From positions 248,782 to 312,781 of the forward strand of contig JAWAFD010000002.1 of the NCBI GenBank assembly GCA_038890745.1: a DNA stretch of 64,000 nucleotides. The letters run 5' to 3'. A program made the position numbers and the translations under genes. The stretch is from Candidatus Anstonellales archaeon (GTDB taxonomy: Archaea; Micrarchaeota; Micrarchaeia; Anstonellales; J096). Every line of letters starts with the position of its first letter. The first letter of the stretch is position 1. Below, piece by piece: positions 59,118 to 64,000 of the stretch. The notes beneath the pieces were generated by a model. That model was given only the letters and a program-made list of their open reading frames with translations. It searched no databases and was not told the origin of the DNA.

Positions 59118-59621
59118 TTAAATCATGCCCTTTGCCCTATCTACGAGAAACCTCAATGCCTCTTCTTTACTGAGCTTTTTTTCATTACATTCTTTAACGA
59201 TTTCTGCATACCTGATTGTATCATTCTTGTACTCTTCTAAGACATTTTTTTCTGGCGGTGTAAAAAAGAAACATATTTTTGCGGTTAGTGGGCAGAGCGC
59301 TCTTTTGCTCATTTTTCCATCTTCCTCGTGCGGATATATCCTGCATGCAAGAGGCCTAAAGGGGTATATCCTACATTTCCCACGAAAAAGAAAGTAGCAT
59401 GGATGGGATTTTAGAGCGAGCAGATAGTACTCTTCATATTCTCCGTTCATCGCCTCAACAACAAACTCATCTTCATAAGAAAGTATATCAAGTCTGCGCA
59501 GTTCAGCAAATTTTTCAGCCTTTATTCCGGTTTTCTTTTCGATTCTTGCTACATCGAAAGCATTTACAGTGATCACAAAACTTTCACAGCATCTCCCATC
59601 ACACAGAGAGCAAAGGTTCAT
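59118..59621 (-). CDS. YkgJ-family cysteine-cluster protein
   Basis: C..C.G.CC, C.FL..G.C.IY..RP..CR.YP. Confidence 0.88.
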   Translation of the reverse strand: MNLCSLCDGRCCESFVITVNAFDVARIEKKTGIKAEKFAELRRLDILSYEDEFVVEAMNGEYEEYYLLALKSHPCYFLFRGKCRIYPFRPLACRIYPHEEDGKMSKRALCPLTAKICFFFTPPEKNVLEEYKNDTIRYAEIVKECNEKKLSKEEALRFLVDRAKGMI

Positions 59622-60592
59622 CTAAACACATCCCGCATGTTTTCTATTCTGTAATTCTGTATGGGCTTCCAAAATTCCAATGGCCTGCTCCCATACTTTT
59701 TGTACAGCAAATATCCTGCATAAGCAATCATGGCTCCATTATCCCTGTTAAACTCATCAGGTGCAACCCCAAATTTTGTTCCGTCCTCCTCAGCCATTTT
59801 TAAGAGCATCTCCTGCAATCTTCTATTCTGTGCAACCCCTCCGCAAACAATGAACCCGTTTGCTTTTTTCAGATAAAAAGCCCTTTCAGCAACCTCGCAA
59901 ACCATCGCGAACGATGTCTCCATGAGAGAATAGGCAACATCCTCTTTTTTGTTTTTTTTCAGCGCCTTAACAGCAGCAGTGAAAAGACCAGAAAAAGCAA
60001 GGTTAAGCCCCTTTACAGTGTACGGAAGGTCGATGTATTTTCCACGGGAAGCAAGCTCTGAAAGAACAGAACCATGCGCATACCTAAGCCCAATCTCCCT
60101 TCCAAACGAATCAAACAAATTCCCTATTCCTATATCCAGCGTTTCTCCTAACACATCATAAAACCCTTCCTCATTCTCAAAAAGAACCTGGGTGTTTCCA
60201 CCGCTTACGTAAATAATTATTCCTTTTTTTATTTTTGTAAAAAGCTCGCTTATAACTATGTGCGCATACGCATGGTTAACCCCTATGAACGGCTTTTTAT
60301 GATGCGCAGAAAGATATTTTGCCATAGAAAAACCAAAAGAAAGAGGAGAGCCTATACCAGGACCTTGCGCGCATGCAACTACATCAACATCTTTTATATC
60401 TATGTTCGCTTCTTTCAGCGCCTCATCAAGCATTTTCTTGAAATACTGCTGATGGTGGTCTGCCATCTTTCTTGGAATAAGCCCTTCGTTTATGGGCTTA
60501 TAGATGTGATGCGCATTAGATAGGATTTTTTCATTCTCGCATATCCCCACCCCTATCGTATGGGCAGTGGATTCTATTCCAAGAACGATCAT
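59618..60592 (-). CDS. kae1: tRNA t6A synthase Kae1
   Basis: LGIESTAHT, GPG, VNH..AH, YVSGGNTQ, GETLD, DNGAMIA. Confidence 0.95.
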   Translation of the reverse strand: MIVLGIESTAHTIGVGICENEKILSNAHHIYKPINEGLIPRKMADHHQQYFKKMLDEALKEANIDIKDVDVVACAQGPGIGSPLSFGFSMAKYLSAHHKKPFIGVNHAYAHIVISELFTKIKKGIIIYVSGGNTQVLFENEEGFYDVLGETLDIGIGNLFDSFGREIGLRYAHGSVLSELASRGKYIDLPYTVKGLNLAFSGLFTAAVKALKKNKKEDVAYSLMETSFAMVCEVAERAFYLKKANGFIVCGGVAQNRRLQEMLLKMAEEDGTKFGVAPDEFNRDNGAMIAYAGYLLYKKYGSRPLEFWKPIQNYRIENMRDVFR

Positions 60593-60622
60593 GCTAAGAA
60601 GATATTAGAGAAGGTTTAAAAA

Positions 60623-61216
60623 TTAATAGAAAATTTTTGCAAGTGCGATGGAGCACAAATTAAATATCACATGCGCAAGTATATTCTGAGAAATGGATTT
60701 ATTTCTAACATAAAAATACCCGAAAACCAATCCTATTGCAAACGCACCGATTATCTCAACAACAGATCCGTAGGAAAAATGCGCAAGCCCGAATATTATG
60801 GCGGATGGAAGTATTCCCATTCTTTCAGTTAGTATGGCGCGGAAAAACAATTCCTCGCTGAAAGGAACGAAAAACACTGCCATGAGGATAAGAAGAGGCC
60901 CAAAACCCTCAACCTTACTCGCGACTTTTTCTAGGTCGCTAACCTTGAGGATATATGCTGAAACAGAAATCAACCCACCTAAAAGAACGATCGCAAAAAA
61001 GCAGAAAAAAGTTTCTCTTAGGAGAATAAAAAAATTCCTCGGAACAATAACCTCTCTGGTTTTTGTAAATAGAACTGCAAAGGAAAAAAGAAGGAGGGCG
61101 GAATGCAAAAAGTAAGCGTTAAGAGGAGGAGAGTTGAAGAATGCATAAACAAATAGGAAAAATGAAAGAAGAACAATCCCTGCCCTAAAAATTATTTCCT
61201 TTCGTAGTACCCACAT
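60623..61216 (-). CDS. CPBP (CAAX/Abi) intramembrane metalloprotease
   Basis: EELFFR, FGLAH, H...N motifs. Confidence 0.9.
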   Translation of the reverse strand: MWVLRKEIIFRAGIVLLSFFLFVYAFFNSPPLNAYFLHSALLLFSFAVLFTKTREVIVPRNFFILLRETFFCFFAIVLLGGLISVSAYILKVSDLEKVASKVEGFGPLLILMAVFFVPFSEELFFRAILTERMGILPSAIIFGLAHFSYGSVVEIIGAFAIGLVFGYFYVRNKSISQNILAHVIFNLCSIALAKIFY

Positions 61217-61362
61217 CTTCCGCAGCTCATCCTGTCTTTGTGCTCTGCAAGATGATATCCCGGTCCACACTTTGGGCAGTACTTCCCTTTTTTGTAATGC
61301 TTTGTTTTCGTTATAAAATTTCTATTTTTCTTTTTTGGAGATGCTTTTTTTTCTTCTGCCAT
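61192..61362 (-). CDS. rps27ae: 30S ribosomal protein S27ae
   Basis: 56 aa ...[24 protein letters not shown]; follows rps24e; not in ORF track. Confidence 0.95.
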   Translation of the reverse strand: MAEEKKASPKKKNRNFITKTKHYKKGKYCPKCGPGYHLAEHKDRMSCGRCGYYERK

Positions 61363-61367
61363 AATCA

Positions 61368-61706
61368 TCACTTCTTAGGAGCCTCGGCGGGCTTCCCTTT
61401 TTTCTTTTTCTCTTTTTTCGGTTTCTTTTCTGCTAGTTTGTTTCTTACAAGAATATAATTGGGCTCTGTCCTTACCATATCCTCTTTGTTTGAATAAACC
61501 CTTGCAAAAACCCTTGCCCCTTTTTTTCCTGTTTCCTGTGAAACTTTTAACACAACAAGCAACTCTGGTTTAACCCCAAGCTTCTCGACAATCGCTTGCC
61601 TAATGTCATCTATTTTTGGGGTTGCTCCACCATGCTCAACATAAGCTGTTATTTCCTTTCTTTTCAAAATTTTGTTCTCTTTCTGCTCCCCGATCTCAAC
61701 CTTCAT
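61368..61706 (-). CDS. rps24e: 30S ribosomal protein S24e
   Basis: EN..L.RKE, H.GATP, A.VY, EP.Y...RN. Confidence 0.92.
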   Translation of the reverse strand: MKVEIGEQKENKILKRKEITAYVEHGGATPKIDDIRQAIVEKLGVKPELLVVLKVSQETGKKGARVFARVYSNKEDMVRTEPNYILVRNKLAEKKPKKEKKKKGKPAEAPKK

Positions 61707-61710
61707 TCCC

Positions 61711-62115
61711 TCACCCTTTATACACCCTAACTATTGCCCTTCTTCCCATAGACTCCATAAGTTCAACATCCTTTCCTTCTTCGAGCTGCCCTTTGAATTC
61801 TTCGGGTATTGTAATCTCAAACATCTCGTATGTCTCCTTATCCATAAGTTGGGCAGTATCCCCGCTTACTGAGATCACCTGCGCATTTAGTTTTTTTATT
61901 GTTGGTGATTCAACCTCCATATCCGCAGAACCGAGCCATGTTTTCTTCTGTCCGTCAAATATTCCAATTGCAGTAATCCTCACTTTCGCAGCACCATGCT
62001 TTCCTGGCTTTGAGACATCCATGCTAACAACCCTGCAGGGTATATCATCTATTATGATGTACCTGCCAGGTTTGAGCTCCTTTGCTGAAACGAATGTTTT
62101 TTCTCCTTCTGCCAT
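61711..62115 (-). CDS. eif5a: Translation factor aIF-5A
   Basis: SKPGKHGAAK hypusine motif. Confidence 0.97.
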   Translation of the reverse strand: MAEGEKTFVSAKELKPGRYIIIDDIPCRVVSMDVSKPGKHGAAKVRITAIGIFDGQKKTWLGSADMEVESPTIKKLNAQVISVSGDTAQLMDKETYEMFEITIPEEFKGQLEEGKDVELMESMGRRAIVRVYKG

Positions 62116-62175
62116 TCTATCACCAAATAAAATTTTGTGGATTTATTTATAAAGCATTACGATTTTTAAACATAT

Positions 62176-62910
62176 ATGGCAGTTGATGTGCATGCACACA
62201 TTACGGAAATAAAAAATGTTGAAGTCCTTCTGAGAACAAAAAAAGTTCTTCCCGTTGCAAGCGGATATTCACATCAAGAAAATATGAAGACAGTTGAGCT
62301 TGCAAAAAATCTCGACCTTCCTTTCTCTATAGGAATCGCACCCCAAATAGCCCAGCACGGGTTTAAACAAGAGTGGGTTAACTACATTAAAGCACAAAAC
62401 CCAAACGCAATAGGCGAGATAGGTCTGGACAATCATTGGGCAAGAACAGAAGAACACAAAAAACTGCAGGGAGAATGTTTTGAGCAGATGCTGGATATTG
62501 CGGAAAAGAAAAATCTGCCAGTGGTAATTCATTCACGGGAGTCGATGGACGAGATTCTTGAAATTCTTATTCAGCGAAAATTTCCGAACATCGTTATGTT
62601 CCATTTCTATTCCGGAGAAAAAAAGCATGCGAAACTTGCCCTGAAGCATCTTGATGCGTACTTTTCTATTCCTCCTCTTCATTCTAAGGGAAGAAGGGAT
62701 GCGATTTTAGAAGCAGGTTTGGAAAGGGTTGTTGTTGAGACAGATTCCCCATACATCGTAAGAACATTTTTAGAGGTTGAAAAATCCTTAGTTTATGTTT
62801 CAGAAATTCTTGGAAAGAGGAAAGAAGAGGTAGAAATGAAAACAGCTGAAAATGCTGCAAAGATTTTTAAATTGAGCATGGAAAAAGTTTTAGCATATAA
62901 AATTTTTTGA
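62176..62910 (+). CDS. TatD family hydrolase
   Basis: DVHAH, IGEIGLD, IHSR, FH.YSG, ETDSPY. Confidence 0.92.
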   Translation: MAVDVHAHITEIKNVEVLLRTKKVLPVASGYSHQENMKTVELAKNLDLPFSIGIAPQIAQHGFKQEWVNYIKAQNPNAIGEIGLDNHWARTEEHKKLQGECFEQMLDIAEKKNLPVVIHSRESMDEILEILIQRKFPNIVMFHFYSGEKKHAKLALKHLDAYFSIPPLHSKGRRDAILEAGLERVVVETDSPYIVRTFLEVEKSLVYVSEILGKRKEEVEMKTAENAAKIFKLSMEKVLAYKIF

Positions 62911-62920
62911 GGGAATAGCT

Positions 62921-63355
62921 ATGTTTGAAAATTTTTTCCGCAAGCCGAAGAGGGTGGCTGTTTTTGTGGATGGCCCGAATATGATAAGAAAGGGAAGCAA
63001 GATAGATTTAGCGGTTGTTCTGAGTGAGGTGAAAAAATACGGGGACCCGGTAATAGCCAATGTTTATTTAGACCAGTACGCCTCTGACAAGCTCATAGAA
63101 GCGGTGATAAACCAAGGGTTCTCCCCTGTTATCACCTCCGGGGATGTTGATGTCACCATGGCTACGGATTCTGTTTTTTTCGCAACAACCCGTTCAGACC
63201 TAACGGGAATAGTTTTTGTAACCCGAGATACAGATTTTGTTCCGGCTATAAAACGGTGCAAAGAAATAGGAAAAGAGATCATAATAATAGGAATAGAACA
63301 TGGGTTCAGCGCCGCGTTAAGGCATTACGCTGACCATTTGATATTGATGAAATAG
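62921..63355 (+). CDS. NYN-domain protein (TIGR00288-like)
   Basis: VDGPN, GDVDV, TRD.DF.P, GFS.AL...AD. Confidence 0.88.
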   Translation: MFENFFRKPKRVAVFVDGPNMIRKGSKIDLAVVLSEVKKYGDPVIANVYLDQYASDKLIEAVINQGFSPVITSGDVDVTMATDSVFFATTRSDLTGIVFVTRDTDFVPAIKRCKEIGKEIIIIGIEHGFSAALRHYADHLILMK

Positions 63356-63428
63356 ATTTTTTGGCGAATAGGAAACTTTAAAAATCATTCTACAGAGAAA
63401 TTGCCAGGATTGGTTTTGGGGTGAGGAT

Positions 63429-63650
63429 GTGAGACCTTTTGATTTGTTGAACAATGCAGTAAACAAGTCAGTGATAGTTGGCTTGAAAGGAGGAAAGGAA
63501 TTCAGGGGTATAATGACTGCTTTCGATGTACACATGAACATTGTACTAGAAAAAGCAGAGTTGCTGGATGAAAACGGGCAGCCTAAAAAAGGATACGGAA
63601 GGATTCTTCTTAGGGGGGACAGCGTAACGCATATTTCGCCTTCTGAATAA
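63429..63650 (+). CDS. Sm-like (SmAP/Lsm) RNA-binding protein
   Basis: RP.D.L, G....FD.HMN.VL, RGD; GTG start with GGTGAGG SD. Confidence 0.93.
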   Translation: MRPFDLLNNAVNKSVIVGLKGGKEFRGIMTAFDVHMNIVLEKAELLDENGQPKKGYGRILLRGDSVTHISPSE

Positions 63651-63696
63651 TGCTTGGCTTTGGGATATAAAGGATTTAATATGTCTTAGCAATTTC

Positions 63697-64000
63697 TTAA
63701 CTCGTACTAGTTAAACTTTGTATCTTCTTGGCCGCCTCTATAATCTCGCTGTTCGTTGGGTCGAGCTCGATTGCTTTCTCTATAGGCTCATCGCGGAGCT
63801 TCTCATCCCCCAGCCACTTCGCGGCAATCTCTGCAGCATATAAATAGGTCCTTGCAAGTTCAAACTTTTCATCCTCAGACCTTGCGGGTAGTTTTGCGGC
63901 CATCTCCATAAGTTTTGTGTAGAACTCCATCGCGACACTAGTTAAACTTTGTATCTTCTTGGCCGCCTCTATAATCTCGCTGTTCGTTGGGTCGAGCTCG
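63697..64000 (-). CDS. 3' end of a TPR-like helical repeat protein (frame open to window edge)
   Basis: Frame continues upstream of 63930 without a stop (ELDPTNSEIIEAAKKIQSLTSVAMEF...); KAIELDP.N is TPR-like. Confidence 0.65.
   Translation of the reverse strand, partial: ELDPTNSEIIEAAKKIQSLTSVAMEFYTKLMEMAAKLPARSEDEKFELARTYLYAAEIAAKWLGDEKLRDEPIEKAIELDPTNSEIIEAAKKIQSLTSTS
63706..64000. repeat. Exact direct repeat, spacing 231 nt (77 codons)
   Basis: 63706-63769 is identical to 63937-64000 (64 nt visible). Confidence 0.95.

Noticed and set aside
63651..63696. rpl37e expected downstream of the Sm-like gene
   Set aside because: The gap is only 46 nt and contains no such ORF.

Overview
This is a gene-dense archaeal chromosomal window. 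It is probably from a DPANN/Micrarchaeota-like lineage, an inference from compact intergenic spacing, archaeal-type housekeeping genes and non-canonical tRNA introns. It carries a complete A/V-type ATP synthase operon (H-I-K-E-C-F-A-B-D), the SBDS-exosome-L37Ae-RpoP-Pcc1-prefoldin cluster and the L1-P0-L12 operon. Translation and tRNA-modification genes include aRF1, aIF1A, aIF2-beta, aIF5A, TyrRS, Kae1, TruD, Trm1 and Dph5. Other recognisable genes are topA, pgk, ppsA, glmS, purA, purC and ahcY. Four tRNA genes not in the ORF track are present. tRNA-Leu(UAA) and tRNA-Glu(CUC) each have two introns (37/38 and T-loop 59/60), tRNA-His has one intron, and tRNA-Asn has none. The most unusual signal is an exact 79-nt tandem array (A-B-A-B-A) nested inside the tRNA-Leu anticodon intron. 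Other candidates are a cysteine-free RpoP, a circularly permuted L1-binding leader over the rpl1 Shine-Dalgarno, a reversed AbiE-like toxin-antitoxin pair with a two-hairpin element upstream, and several surface proteins with unannotated shared domains and C-terminal motifs. All calls are by eye from the sequence; no searches were run.
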